From positions 9,371-73,370 of the forward strand of contig JAQWDH010000003.1 in NCBI GenBank assembly GCA_028705565.1: a stretch of 64,000 bases of DNA, read 5' to 3'. Shown piece after piece: positions 35,676 to 47,041 of this stretch. The position numbers and the translations under genes were made by a program. Each line of letters opens with the position of its first letter. Position 1 is the stretch's first letter. The notes under the pieces were generated by a model. The model ran no database searches. It worked only from the letters and a program-made list of their open reading frames with translations, and had not been told where the DNA came from. The stretch is from Patescibacteria group bacterium (GTDB taxonomy: Bacteria; Patescibacteriota; Patescibacteriia; Magasanikbacterales; GWA2-37-8).

Positions 35676-38654
35676 TTACGCTTTATAATCGCAAATATCT
35701 TTAAAGTCGCATTTTTCGCATGCGTATTTTTCAGGTGCCGGAGCAAAGTCGCGCGAGATTATTTTTTCTATCGTTTTTACCATTTTTTCTTCCAATTTGT
35801 CAATTTCTTTTTTTTCGCCCAAAAAAGAAGTTTTTATATTATCATTAAGATAAAAATACGTAAGAAGCCCCACTTCCCCGATGTTTTTATATTCCGGAAG
35901 TTGCGAAACCGCCAACTGATAAATTAAAAGCTGATTTTTATCGTCGCCTTTTATATCTTCCTTGCTTTTGCCGGTTTTGTAATCAATAATTTCCAATCGT
36001 CCGTCCGACATTTGGTCAACGCGATCTATCCTGCCGCGCAAAAGATGCTGCCCTATTTTTATTTTAAACCAACCCTCCAACGCCACGGGCAAAGACCATT
36101 TTTTGTCGTTTGTTTTATAAAATTCGCGCAAAATTTTCTTTCCTTCCGCGTAATAATCCTCCCTTTGTTTTTTATCCGCGTACCAATCGTCGATCCAACA
36201 TTCATCGTAAATTTTATACAATTCATCCAATTCAGGGGCTTTGATATTTTTATTTTCGGAAGGTTTGGACGGTTCATTAAAAAACGTTTCTTGCCGAGCT
36301 GAGTTTATTTCCAATAATCGTTCATAAAATTTTTGAAAAACCGAGTGCATTGTTTGTCCGAAACTGAACATCGGATTGCCGCAGACAGGCAATTTTAACA
36401 CGCTCGCTAATTTATATTGGTAAGGGCAAACCTCGTACGATTTTATTTGCGAAAAAGAAAACACTTTCGGAATTTCATACGTGGTATCATTTTTTACTTC
36501 TGATGCCGATTCTGCCTTTTCGGCTGAATTGAAATTTGAAATTATTTTTTCGGTTTTTACGATTTTGAGAGATTTTTTATCGCCGAGGTTTTCTTCAATA
36601 TATCCTGATTCCGCCAAAAAACGACTTGCTTTTTTGCCGCGCGTTCCGCCGTAATCATCAGCGCCAGCAAGATACAGCTTTTCTTTTGCTCGCGTCAAAG
36701 CCACATAAAAAAGTCTTCTTTCTTCCTGATAATGACTGTCGCCTTCCGGTAATTGTTCTTTTACGAGCGCGGATGGAATTTCTATGGCTTCGCCGCGTTT
36801 TCTGGAAGGAAATCTTTCCTCAACCAAATTCACTATAAAAACATATTTAAACTCCAACCCCTTCGCCATATGAATCGTTAAAATATTCACGGAATCAGGC
36901 GTCTCTTCCGGTTGTTTTATTATTCCCAAATCGCCCGAGTCTATCACAAATTTAAAATGTTCTAAAAAATCGCTTACTTTCGCGTCAGGTGTTATTTTTT
37001 CATAATCGGCTATATAATCAAAAAATTGTTTAAGATGGTGAATTTGCCGTATGATTCCCCTCTCTCCGGATTCTTCCCCTTTTGCCAAATATTTCAAATA
37101 CCCGCTCTGTTCAAAAAAACCGTATAAAACAGCGGTTGGTTTTTCCTGCCGAGCCGCGCGCATACCATCATGGATTATATTTACGATTTTTTCGCAAACA
37201 GCGATTCCATTTTTTGACAACGCGATTTCCCGAGCGCGTTTAAGAGCCTCATAATAAGTTATGGATTTTTTTTTGGCGAAAAAAGAGAATTTTTGCGTGT
37301 CATTTTCCGAAAATTCAAATGTCAGCAGACGCAAAAGCCGAAAAATCGCCGATGACTCGTGGTAATTGTCAACGGCTTTTAAAAAATTTAAACAATCTAA
37401 AATAATCGGCTGGCGATAAAGTCCTGACGCTGCCAAAAATTCATAAGGGATGCCGCGTCTTTCCAGCGCCGATACGAACGGGTCCGCGTGATTGTTGGCG
37501 CGCGTCAAAATAGCAAAGTCATCCCAAACAGCGTCTTTGTTTTTTTTCTTTAAATTAATGATTTCGCCCACAACCGCGTTGACTTCCGCATCCAAAGTAG
37601 TTGAATGGATATATTTTACGCTTTCTTTGAGATTTTCCAACGTTGATGATAATTTTTTATTTATTTTTAATTTTATTTCCAATCTGTCAGGATTGTTGTT
37701 TTGTATTGATTTGTAAGCGACATCCAAAATTTCCTGTTGTGAACGATAATTTTTCGTCAAAACGATTTCTTTGGTTTTTGGAAAATCATCTTTAAACCGC
37801 AAGATATTGGAAACTGAAGCCCCTCTGAAAGCGTATATGCTTTGGTCGTCGTCTCCGACAACGGTAATTCGCGTTATTTCGTTTTTGGCAAGCAATCTCA
37901 CGAGTGAATATTGCGCCCAATTTACGTCTTGAAATTCATCAACCAAAATAAATTTATACCTTTCCGTTAATTTTTTTAAAATTCCGGGACGTTTTTCCAA
38001 AAGTTTGTTCGCGTAATAGATAAGGTCGCCAAAATCCAAAGCGTTATTTTCCAAAAGCAATTGATTGTAAGCGTGATAAGCATTGGATATTTCAGTTAAA
38101 CGAGTTTTTTCGTCAATATCTGCGTTGTCTTTGTCCAATTTAACATTTTCCGCGTGTTTCAAATAATCCTCGGGTGAAATCAATTCGTCTTTGCATTTGG
38201 AAAAATGTTTTATAAGTTCGTGGACATGGCGCGTCGGGTTTCCGAGCGGACGATAATAATCCAAGTTGAATTTTTCCAAATTATCGCGCGCTATAATCCA
38301 TGCGTCCGATTGGCCGAGTATTTTAAACTGATTCGGCAAACCGATGTCCAGACCGTAATTTTCCAATATTTTTTGGCAAAAAGAATGAAAAGTGGAAATT
38401 TGCAAGTCAACATATCCGATATTGAGAATTTCATCCGTTCTTTCAATCATCTCTCTTGCGGCTTTTTCGTTGAAAGTCAATGCCAAAATTTCTTCAGGTT
38501 TTGCGAGTCCTTTGTCAATCAGGTATTTTATTTTTTGCGTAATTACCGTTGTCTTGCCTGTGCCGGCGCCCGCGACGATCAAAAGCGGACCGTCAGAATA
38601 TTCAACGGCCTGCCTTTGTTCTATATTCAAGTTGTCCGATAATGAGTTTGGCAT
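35676..38654 (-). CDS. UvrD/PcrA-like SF1 helicase fused to a PD-(D/E)XK nuclease
   Basis: 'AGAGTGKT', 'DEFQD', 'GDDDQSIYAFRG', 'TIHMAKGLEF'; C-terminal 'GRIDRVD..IIDYKTG' with 4 Cys. Confidence 0.93.
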   Translation of the reverse strand: MPNSLSDNLNIEQRQAVEYSDGPLLIVAGAGTGKTTVITQKIKYLIDKGLAKPEEILALTFNEKAAREMIERTDEILNIGYVDLQISTFHSFCQKILENYGLDIGLPNQFKILGQSDAWIIARDNLEKFNLDYYRPLGNPTRHVHELIKHFSKCKDELISPEDYLKHAENVKLDKDNADIDEKTRLTEISNAYHAYNQLLLENNALDFGDLIYYANKLLEKRPGILKKLTERYKFILVDEFQDVNWAQYSLVRLLAKNEITRITVVGDDDQSIYAFRGASVSNILRFKDDFPKTKEIVLTKNYRSQQEILDVAYKSIQNNNPDRLEIKLKINKKLSSTLENLKESVKYIHSTTLDAEVNAVVGEIINLKKKNKDAVWDDFAILTRANNHADPFVSALERRGIPYEFLAASGLYRQPIILDCLNFLKAVDNYHESSAIFRLLRLLTFEFSENDTQKFSFFAKKKSITYYEALKRAREIALSKNGIAVCEKIVNIIHDGMRAARQEKPTAVLYGFFEQSGYLKYLAKGEESGERGIIRQIHHLKQFFDYIADYEKITPDAKVSDFLEHFKFVIDSGDLGIIKQPEETPDSVNILTIHMAKGLEFKYVFIVNLVEERFPSRKRGEAIEIPSALVKEQLPEGDSHYQEERRLFYVALTRAKEKLYLAGADDYGGTRGKKASRFLAESGYIEENLGDKKSLKIVKTEKIISNFNSAEKAESASEVKNDTTYEIPKVFSFSQIKSYEVCPYQYKLASVLKLPVCGNPMFSFGQTMHSVFQKFYERLLEINSARQETFFNEPSKPSENKNIKAPELDELYKIYDECWIDDWYADKKQREDYYAEGKKILREFYKTNDKKWSLPVALEGWFKIKIGQHLLRGRIDRVDQMSDGRLEIIDYKTGKSKEDIKGDDKNQLLIYQLAVSQLPEYKNIGEVGLLTYFYLNDNIKTSFLGEKKEIDKLEEKMVKTIEKIISRDFAPAPEKYACEKCDFKDICDYKA

Positions 38655-38728
38655 ACATATAATTTTATGCTAAATCGCTCGTGAAAGCAAGAAAGGGAAA
38701 AACGGGGTGTAAAAAAATTTTAATTTAA

Positions 38729-38755
38729 ATAAGGAAACGTTTTACGTTTCCTTAT
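38729..38755. terminator. Hairpin downstream of the atp operon
   Basis: ATAAGGAAACGT-TTT-ACGTTTCCTTAT, perfect 12-bp stem. Confidence 0.65.
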
Positions 38756-38780
38756 GTTGGTTAAATTGTTAACCGGACAA

Positions 38781-38807
38781 AGATTCCTCATTACATTCGG
38801 AACAACA
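38781..38807. repeat. Decayed REP-like element
   Basis: AGATTCCTCATTACATTCGGAACAACA resembles copies at 30471 and 48956. Confidence 0.45.
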
Positions 38808-38814
38808 ATAGACA

Positions 38815-39249
38815 TTATCTATTGACCATCGGCGGAAGTTTTCTGTATTTTTTGGCGATTTTTACGCGATTTACGGCTCTTTCAAGTTGCGCCTGCAAAG
38901 CCGCGTAATCAATGCCTTCAACATTGCGCGCTTCTTTCATCGCTTTTTCAGCTCTTTCGCGCGCCGCCTCGGCTCTTTCAATATCAATATGCTCCGCGTA
39001 TTCGGCAGTATCAGCCAAAATAATCAGCGTATTATCCGGACGCATTTCAGCGAACCCCCCGGAAATCGCTAAAAATTTTTCTTCTCCGTCTTTTTTATAT
39101 CTTAATTCACCAGGTTGTAAAACCGTTATCAAAGGAATATGTCCGGGAAGAATCGTAATCTCGCCGTCTCGCGTCATCATTGTTATTTGTTCGGCTTCTT
39201 CGGAAAATATTTCCCGTTCCGGAGTAATAATTTTAAATTTAATTTTCAT
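38815..39249 (-). CDS. atpC: ATP synthase epsilon subunit
   Basis: 'IITPER', 'GEITILPGHIPL', 'ISGGF'. Confidence 0.96.
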   Translation of the reverse strand: MKIKFKIITPEREIFSEEAEQITMMTRDGEITILPGHIPLITVLQPGELRYKKDGEEKFLAISGGFAEMRPDNTLIILADTAEYAEHIDIERAEAARERAEKAMKEARNVEGIDYAALQAQLERAVNRVKIAKKYRKLPPMVNR

Positions 39250-39251
39250 AA

Positions 39252-40643
<1,392 letters not shown>

Positions 40644-40683
40644 TTAATGAATATTTTATTTTTAAAATTGAATAATGATTTAA

Positions 40684-41580
40684 TTATCCTAAAGCCGCGA
40701 CACCGCCGACAATTTCGGAAATTTCCTGCGTGATGCCGGCCTGTCTCGCTTTGTTAAAATTATAATTCAGTTCTTTAATCATATCTTCTGCCGCGTCAGA
40801 CGCGTTTCTCATCGCCATCATTCGCGCGCTGTGTTCGGAAGCGTCCGATTCCAAAATGGTTTGGTAAATTTGCATTTCAACCAAACGCGGCAAAAGCATT
40901 GATAATACTTCGGCCGGTTTTGGTTCAAATTTGAATTCAAAATTATATTTTTTTTCTTCTTTTTCCTCCCCTATCTTTCCTAAAAGCTCATCTTCTTTTT
41001 CCAAAGGTAATATCTGTTTAACGCGAGGAATCTGTTTGATGGCTGAAACAAAATCCGTGTACGCAACCGCGACTTTATCGTATTTTCCATTCATATATTC
41101 CGCAATAATCATTCTAGCCATAGGTAAAATTTCTTCCATCTTTGTTGTGATGTCTATTTTTTCAAATTCCGCGGCAATTGGATGTTTAAAATATGAAAAA
41201 ATTTTTCTTCCTCTTTTGCCGAGAAGTATAATATCTGTTTCAGTTCCTGTTTTTTTCTTTTCCTCAATTATATAATCATTAGTTTCCTGCAAAAGCCTGC
41301 TCGTGAAGCCGCCGGAAAGTCCGCGGTTGCTTGTAATAAAAATCACTGCCACTTTTTTAATCGGTCTTTTTGTTAAAATCGGATGTAAAGCGGCGTTGGT
41401 TTTTTTTGCCACGTCAACAAGCATCGCCCAAGCCAAGTTGGCATAACCGCGAGTCGCTAAAACATTAGCGACCGCTTTTCGCATTTTCACCGCTGAAATC
41501 ATTTCCATGGCTTTGGTTATTTTTTTCGTGTTGCCGACGGATTTTATTCTGCGTTTTATGGCTTTGGTGTTTACTCCCAT
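40684..41580 (-). CDS. atpG: ATP synthase gamma subunit
   Basis: 'KITKAMEMI', 'NKARQAGITQEISEI'. Confidence 0.98.
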   Translation of the reverse strand: MGVNTKAIKRRIKSVGNTKKITKAMEMISAVKMRKAVANVLATRGYANLAWAMLVDVAKKTNAALHPILTKRPIKKVAVIFITSNRGLSGGFTSRLLQETNDYIIEEKKKTGTETDIILLGKRGRKIFSYFKHPIAAEFEKIDITTKMEEILPMARMIIAEYMNGKYDKVAVAYTDFVSAIKQIPRVKQILPLEKEDELLGKIGEEKEEKKYNFEFKFEPKPAEVLSMLLPRLVEMQIYQTILESDASEHSARMMAMRNASDAAEDMIKELNYNFNKARQAGITQEISEIVGGVAALG

Positions 41581-41585
41581 ACTCT

Positions 41586-43076
41586 TTATTGCTTTTTAAA
41601 TTCTTCAACCGCTTCTTTTAATTCTTTTACAACATCTTCGTTCCATTCTCCATTTGAAATTTTTTCAAGCAATGTTTGCTTGCTCGCGTTCATAAAATTA
41701 TGGAACTTTTTTTCCCACGCTTGAATATTTTTTACTTCAACATCATTGGCGAGGCCGTTTGTAACAGCGTAAATTATCGCGACTTGATTCGCGATGGGCA
41801 TCGGTTCGTATTGCGGCTGTTTCAAAATTTCAACCAACCGTTGTCCCAAATCAATCTGTTTTTTCGTTTCAGGGTCAAGATCGCTCGCGAATTGAGCGAA
41901 CGCTTCCAGCTCGCGGAATTGCGCCATACCGAGTTTTATTTTACCGGCGACTTTTTTCATCGGTTTTACTTGCGCGTCAGAACCTACGCGAGATACTGAA
42001 ATACCAACATTTAAAGCCGGACGGATGCCGCGATAAAATAAGTCGCTTTCCAAAAATATCTGCCCGTCGGTAATGGAAATTACATTGGTGGGAATGTACG
42101 CGGTTACATCTCCGGCTTGCGTTTCAATGATTGGCAATGCCGTGATTGAACCGCCTCCGGCTTCTTGATTTCTTCGGCAAGCGCGCTCAAGCAAACGAGA
42201 ATGCAAGTAGAAAACATCTCCAGGATAAGCTTCTCGTCCTGGCGGGCGGCGCAAAAGCAAAGAAACTTCGCGGTAAGCCCATGCTTGTTTGGATAAATCG
42301 TCATAAACGCACAGAACATCTTTGCCTTGGTCCATAAAATATTCGGCCATGGCCACACCAGCGTATGGGGCGATATAAAGCAAAGAAGCGGGGTCGGACG
42401 CGCTTGCGGAAACAACAATCGTGTAATCCATTGCGCCGGTTTCTTTTAATTTTGCGACAATTCTCGCCACTTTTGATTGTTTTTGTCCGATTGCAACATA
42501 AACGCAAATCATATCCTTGCCTTTTTGATTGATAATCGTATCAATCGCGATTGCTGTTTTTCCGGTTTGTCTATCACCGATGATAAGTTCGCGCTGACCG
42601 CGTCCGATTGGAATCATTGAATCAATCGCTTTAATTCCTGTTTGCACCGGTTGGCTCACTCGTTCTCTTTTCATAACTCCGGCTGCGATTTTTTCAATCG
42701 GATAAAATTTTTCACTATGAATTTCCGCGCCTCCGTCTATGGTCTGTCCGAGAGGGTTCACTACGCGTCCGATTAGATTTTCTCCAACAGGCACTGATAA
42801 AATTCTGCCAGTGCGTTTTACAGTGTCCCCTTCTTTAATATGCCTTGATTCACCCAAAAGAACGACGCCAACGGTCTCTTCTTCAAGGTTCAAAGCGACT
42901 CCGAAAGTTCCTCCGGGAAATTCAAGCATCTCGTTCGCTTGGCATTTAATAAGACCTCCAACGCGCGCGATGTTGTCGCCGACTTCAACCACGGAACCGA
43001 TTTCTTCGGTTTCGGTTTGTTTCTCAAAAGCGGCGATGTTTTTTCTTAATTCTTCTACAATGGAATTTACGGACAT
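41586..43076 (-). CDS. atpA: ATP synthase alpha subunit
   Basis: 'GDRQTGKT', '[15 protein letters not shown]'. Confidence 0.99.
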   Translation of the reverse strand: MSVNSIVEELRKNIAAFEKQTETEEIGSVVEVGDNIARVGGLIKCQANEMLEFPGGTFGVALNLEEETVGVVLLGESRHIKEGDTVKRTGRILSVPVGENLIGRVVNPLGQTIDGGAEIHSEKFYPIEKIAAGVMKRERVSQPVQTGIKAIDSMIPIGRGQRELIIGDRQTGKTAIAIDTIINQKGKDMICVYVAIGQKQSKVARIVAKLKETGAMDYTIVVSASASDPASLLYIAPYAGVAMAEYFMDQGKDVLCVYDDLSKQAWAYREVSLLLRRPPGREAYPGDVFYLHSRLLERACRRNQEAGGGSITALPIIETQAGDVTAYIPTNVISITDGQIFLESDLFYRGIRPALNVGISVSRVGSDAQVKPMKKVAGKIKLGMAQFRELEAFAQFASDLDPETKKQIDLGQRLVEILKQPQYEPMPIANQVAIIYAVTNGLANDVEVKNIQAWEKKFHNFMNASKQTLLEKISNGEWNEDVVKELKEAVEEFKKQ

Positions 43077-43103
43077 ATGGTGATAATTTTTAAATTTATA
43101 ATT

Positions 43104-43493
43104 CTATTTTATTAATCTTTGTTTTAAATTATTTAATTGTGTTTTTACGCTCGCGTCAAAAATCTTGTCTTCCGTTTTTACTATAAATCCGCCTAATAAA
43201 TTTTCGTCAACTTCCTTCGTGATTTCAACTTTTTTGCTGAACGCCTTGCCTATTTTTTCCGCCAAATCATCGCTGATTTTTCGCGCGGAAATTATTTTAA
43301 TTTCTAAAATCCCCTCTTGTTTTTTCGCGTATTTTTTAAATTCTTCAATGATTTTTTCCGCTTGTTTTAATTTGCGGGCGCGCGCCAAAATCAAAACAAA
43401 ATTGCCAAGTATTTTCTCCAAATCTTTTCCTTTCAGCCCTTTCGCGGCTTTATAAAGCGCCTTGGAATAAGTTTTATTGGAATTTTTTTTCAT
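43104..43493 (-). CDS. atpH: ATP synthase delta subunit (short form)
   Basis: 'VDENLLGGFIV..DKIFDASV'; operon position. Confidence 0.9.
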   Translation of the reverse strand: MKKNSNKTYSKALYKAAKGLKGKDLEKILGNFVLILARARKLKQAEKIIEEFKKYAKKQEGILEIKIISARKISDDLAEKIGKAFSKKVEITKEVDENLLGGFIVKTEDKIFDASVKTQLNNLKQRLIK

Positions 43494-43513
43494 AAAAAAC
43501 CGTTTTCGCGAAA

Positions 43514-44092
43514 TTAATCTTTTACGCCTTTTAACGCGTTTTCAATCAATTCTTTGTCCTTTTTTAAATCTATTTTTTCGTTTAAAATTTTTTCCAACGC
43601 CAATATCATCAAATCGGCTGTTTCTTTTTTTAATCCGAGCATTACTTCTTCTTTTTCAATTTGTATATTGCGCCTTGCTTGTTCAACAACTCCTTCAATT
43701 TCTTTTTTAGCTTTAGCTTTTAAAACATCCGCCGTTTGGCTCGCTTCGCAATTGGCTTTTTCCATAATTTTATTCGCTTCCACTTTTGCCATGTCTATTT
43801 TTTCTTGATACGATTTTTCGCTTTTGGATAAATTTTCATCTATTTTTTTTGAATTCGCGATGCTATCGTCAATCATTTTTTGCCTTTCAGCCATTTTTTT
43901 TGTTATCGGTTTTAAAATTAAAAACCACAAAATTGCCGAAACAACGGCGAAATTCACCAATTGCGCCAAAAACATTGAACCATTTATGCCCAAACCGGTC
44001 AAAACGCTTTCATTCGCGATAGATGCCAATTCCCCCGAAACTTCGGCGGACTCTTCGCTTGCAAGCGCCATATCTATTAAATTCAAGAACAT
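43514..44092 (-). CDS. atpF: ATP synthase b subunit
   Basis: 'LGIN..FLAQLVNF', TM + coiled coil; start uncertain. Confidence 0.92.
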   Translation of the reverse strand: MFLNLIDMALASEESAEVSGELASIANESVLTGLGINGSMFLAQLVNFAVVSAILWFLILKPITKKMAERQKMIDDSIANSKKIDENLSKSEKSYQEKIDMAKVEANKIMEKANCEASQTADVLKAKAKKEIEGVVEQARRNIQIEKEEVMLGLKKETADLMILALEKILNEKIDLKKDKELIENALKGVKD

Positions 44093-44133
44093 AAAATTTT
44101 ATTTTAATTTTTTATAATACGGTTTTATTTAGA

Positions 44134-44157
44134 CGCGCCACGCAAACGCGTGACGCG
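44134..44157. other. GC-rich hairpin after atpE (likely mRNA stabiliser or partial terminator)
   Basis: CGCGcCACGC-AAAC-GCGTGaCGCG. Confidence 0.5.
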
Positions 44158-44167
44158 GCCGATAAAA

Positions 44168-44389
44168 CTATTTTAAAGTGAATACGACAACCAAAGCGTA
44201 AATGGCAATGGCCTCCGCGAAAGCCGCGCCCAAAAGCATAGGCACGAAAATTTTACCGGATGCCTCCGGATTGCGTCCGATGGCTTCCAAGGCCTTGGCG
44301 ACCAAACGGCCGATACCGAACGCCGGCCCGATGCCGCCGATGGCTATTGCGAACGCCTTGGCTAAAACCAACACTGATGCGTGTTCCAT
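44168..44389 (-). CDS. atpE: ATP synthase c subunit
   Basis: 'GRNPE' loop; carboxylate in 'FAEAIAIY'. Confidence 0.97.
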   Translation of the reverse strand: MEHASVLVLAKAFAIAIGGIGPAFGIGRLVAKALEAIGRNPEASGKIFVPMLLGAAFAEAIAIYALVVVFTLK

Positions 44390-44490
44390 ATTTTTGACCT
44401 TTCTTTATGATAATTCTTCAATTGAGTTTGTTGATTTTTTATCTCATGAAGAAATATCGGTTAATAAATTTTAAATTGTCATTCCATTGT

Positions 44491-45264
44491 CTACGTTTCT
44501 TCCCCGTGGGGTTTGGATGTCGCTACGGTCAAATAAACGAGCGTGAGCATGGAAAACACCCCGGCTTGAATCACGCCGACTAAAACTTCCAACAACATAA
44601 ACGGAGTAGGCACTAAAAAAGCCACCAAACTTATCATCACGCTCATTAAAACTTCCCCGGCAAATATATTGCCGAACAACCTTAAAGAAAGCGACAACAC
44701 CTTCGCCATTTCACTGATAATTTCTAAAAATCCGACAGCCAATTCAATAATAGCGGTAAAAATGGCAATCGGCCCTTTGCGAAAACTTTTAACAAGGGAG
44801 CCGATTTGAACAAATTTATTCAAATACGCGAAAAATCCGACAGCGAATAATCCCATAATGTGCGACAAAAATACCGATGTCAAAGCCATCGCGACGGTAA
44901 GATTCAAATCAGTGTTTGATGGCCTGAAAAGCATCTTATTGTCCCATGTGATACTGCCGATTCCGGGAAGCAGACCTATCCAATTTGATATTAAAATAAA
45001 AAAGAAGACAGAGCCAACTAGCGGTAAAAAACGCATGGTTTTTTTTCTGTCTCCTGTTACTTGGTCAAAATAATTTAAAAGTATATCCAAAAAATATTCA
45101 ATGAAATTCTGTATTTTTGACGGTTTAAGCGATACTCTTTTTTTAATGATTATTCCCAAAATCAAAAAAATTAAAATTGCAATCCACGCGTTAATCATCG
45201 TATTCGTAATCGGGAAATCGCCTAAACGAAAAATTGTGTCCGGAGCCAATGTTGGTATGTGCAT
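44491..45264 (-). CDS. atpB: ATP synthase a subunit
   Basis: 'NWIGLLPG', 'SLSLRLFGNIFAGE', 'IQAGVF..LT..Y'. Confidence 0.97.
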   Translation of the reverse strand: MHIPTLAPDTIFRLGDFPITNTMINAWIAILIFLILGIIIKKRVSLKPSKIQNFIEYFLDILLNYFDQVTGDRKKTMRFLPLVGSVFFFILISNWIGLLPGIGSITWDNKMLFRPSNTDLNLTVAMALTSVFLSHIMGLFAVGFFAYLNKFVQIGSLVKSFRKGPIAIFTAIIELAVGFLEIISEMAKVLSLSLRLFGNIFAGEVLMSVMISLVAFLVPTPFMLLEVLVGVIQAGVFSMLTLVYLTVATSKPHGEET

Positions 45265-45288
45265 ACCATTTTTACTGGTTTATTATCA

Positions 45289-45543
45289 TTATTTCATGTT
45301 TTGATATTCTTCACCGTATTTTTTAGCTTTGCGTTGAATGATTCTTATCGTGAGAAAAAACGCCGCCAGCAAAAACAGAACTGTAAAAAGCGGGTATTTT
45401 TCATACTTCTCGTCAAAATGTTGACCGATAAGAACAAAAATTATCGCCGGGGCCGCTATGGTAACGCCGAAATCGCCAAAAATTTTTAAAGCGAAAAAAT
45501 AATATTCCCTGTCGCTCGTTTTTTCCGGCGGTTTTTCCACCAT
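45289..45543 (-). CDS. AtpZ/AtpI family protein
   Basis: Two-TM protein, 'LIGQHFDEKY..YP'; first gene of the atp operon; start ATG 45543. Confidence 0.8.
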   Translation of the reverse strand: MVEKPPEKTSDREYYFFALKIFGDFGVTIAAPAIIFVLIGQHFDEKYEKYPLFTVLFLLAAFFLTIRIIQRKAKKYGEEYQNMK

Positions 45544-45568
45544 ATTAAAGTATGTTAAAGACGGCGCT

Positions 45569-45597
45569 ATTATAATAAAAAACCTCTTGTTAGTCAA
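45569..45597 (-). promoter_or_regulatory. atp operon promoter
   Basis: TTGACT-17-TATAAT. Confidence 0.75.
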
Positions 45598-45627
45598 GGG
45601 GTTTTAAAAATCAGAACTGTGAATAAT

Positions 45628-46470
45628 TCATTTTACCTTAAAAAACAGTTTTTTCGCGTTATTATATGTTTTTTCCGATATTTCAGCCACATTCATCTCT
45701 TTAATTTCCGCGATTTTTTTCGCGACTTCTTCCACCATCCACGGTTCGCATTTTTTTCCGCGATATATTTGCGGCGCGAGATACGGAGCGTCTGTTTCAA
45801 TTAAAATTTTGTCCAACGGACATTTTTTAACGACTTCCAGCAAATCAATTTGCGTTTGCGGTTCTAATTTTTTTGGAGGAAATGTGATTACGCCGGTAAA
45901 TCCGATGTTCAATCCGAGCGCCAAATATTTTTGCGCGTATTCCCAATTTCCAGTATAACAATGAACGACGCCATTAATTTTTTCATTAAAAGAATTTAAA
46001 AGTTCTATCATTTCAGGATGCGCGTCGCGCGTATGAATTACGATTGGCAGGTTCGTTTCTTTCGCGAGCCGATATTGGGCGATAAAAACTTCTTTTTGAC
46101 GGTTTAAATAACTTTTTTTGTCAATTCCTTCCGGCAAATGGTAAAGTTCCAAACCGCACTCCCCTATACCTATCGTTTTCGGATGCCAGGCGAGATTTTT
46201 ATAAAATTCGTAATTGAAATTTTCTTCACGGGTTTTAAATTTTATTTCTTCCTCGTCAACTTCCGTGGAAAACAAATGGATAGGATGCAACCCGACGGTG
46301 GCGTAAATATTATCGTATTTTTCCGCGTATTTTATCGCCCGTTCGCTCGTGTCTTTTTGCGAACCGACAACATTTAAAACAACGTCTTTTTTAATACATT
46401 TTTTTATAACTTCATCCGCGTCATCTCTAAACGCGCTAAATTGTATATGGCAATGCGTGTCAAAAAGCAT
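45628..46470 (-). CDS. tatD: TatD family DNase
   Basis: 'DTHCH', 'GLHP', 'IGECGL', 'IHTRDA', 'ETDAPYL'; start ATG 46470. Confidence 0.95.
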   Translation of the reverse strand: MLFDTHCHIQFSAFRDDADEVIKKCIKKDVVLNVVGSQKDTSERAIKYAEKYDNIYATVGLHPIHLFSTEVDEEEIKFKTREENFNYEFYKNLAWHPKTIGIGECGLELYHLPEGIDKKSYLNRQKEVFIAQYRLAKETNLPIVIHTRDAHPEMIELLNSFNEKINGVVHCYTGNWEYAQKYLALGLNIGFTGVITFPPKKLEPQTQIDLLEVVKKCPLDKILIETDAPYLAPQIYRGKKCEPWMVEEVAKKIAEIKEMNVAEISEKTYNNAKKLFFKVK

Positions 46471-46478
46471 AAAATTTA

Positions 46479-47003
46479 TTAAATCAATCCTTGCGCCGTT
46501 CCTTGCAGCATTCTTATCGCTTCCGGCAAAAGCGGCCAAAGAATTGACGCGGTTTTTACCGTTATCGGAGCGACTTGCGATTGAGCAATATAGCTCATAA
46601 AATATTCGCTCAAAGGGAATTTGGAAATAAAATAAAAAATAATGCCTAAAACAAGAGCTCCTTCAAACAAACCGAAAATCATTCCGAGAAGTTTGTTAAT
46701 GCTTTTGATAAAAGGAAGGTTTGTAATAAAGCTTAAAATTTTATCCAAAAACCAAAAACACAATCCTATCAGGCGGTTTATTATGACAAAAGCGACTGCG
46801 AACATTATCACGCGCGCCAAATTTTCATTCCAACCGGTTATGTTGATGAGCCAATTTGCCGCCGGTTCATAATAACGGCTGGCGAAATACACTCCAAAAA
46901 CAGTTCCGACCAAAGAACCGAGCGTGTGCACCAATCCGAACCAAAGTCCGAAAAGGCCGAATCCGCCCATGATAATAAGCAGTATGGTATCAAATAGAGA
47001 CAT
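46479..47003 (-). CDS. cvpA: CvpA family membrane protein
   Basis: 'FDTILL..GLWFGLV..L.SL.G', 'NKLLGMIFGLFEG'. Confidence 0.85.
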   Translation of the reverse strand: MSLFDTILLIIMGGFGLFGLWFGLVHTLGSLVGTVFGVYFASRYYEPAANWLINITGWNENLARVIMFAVAFVIINRLIGLCFWFLDKILSFITNLPFIKSINKLLGMIFGLFEGALVLGIIFYFISKFPLSEYFMSYIAQSQVAPITVKTASILWPLLPEAIRMLQGTAQGLI

Positions 47004-47041
47004 ATAAAAAAATTTTAAAAATAAAAAATTTTCGTCTCAAA

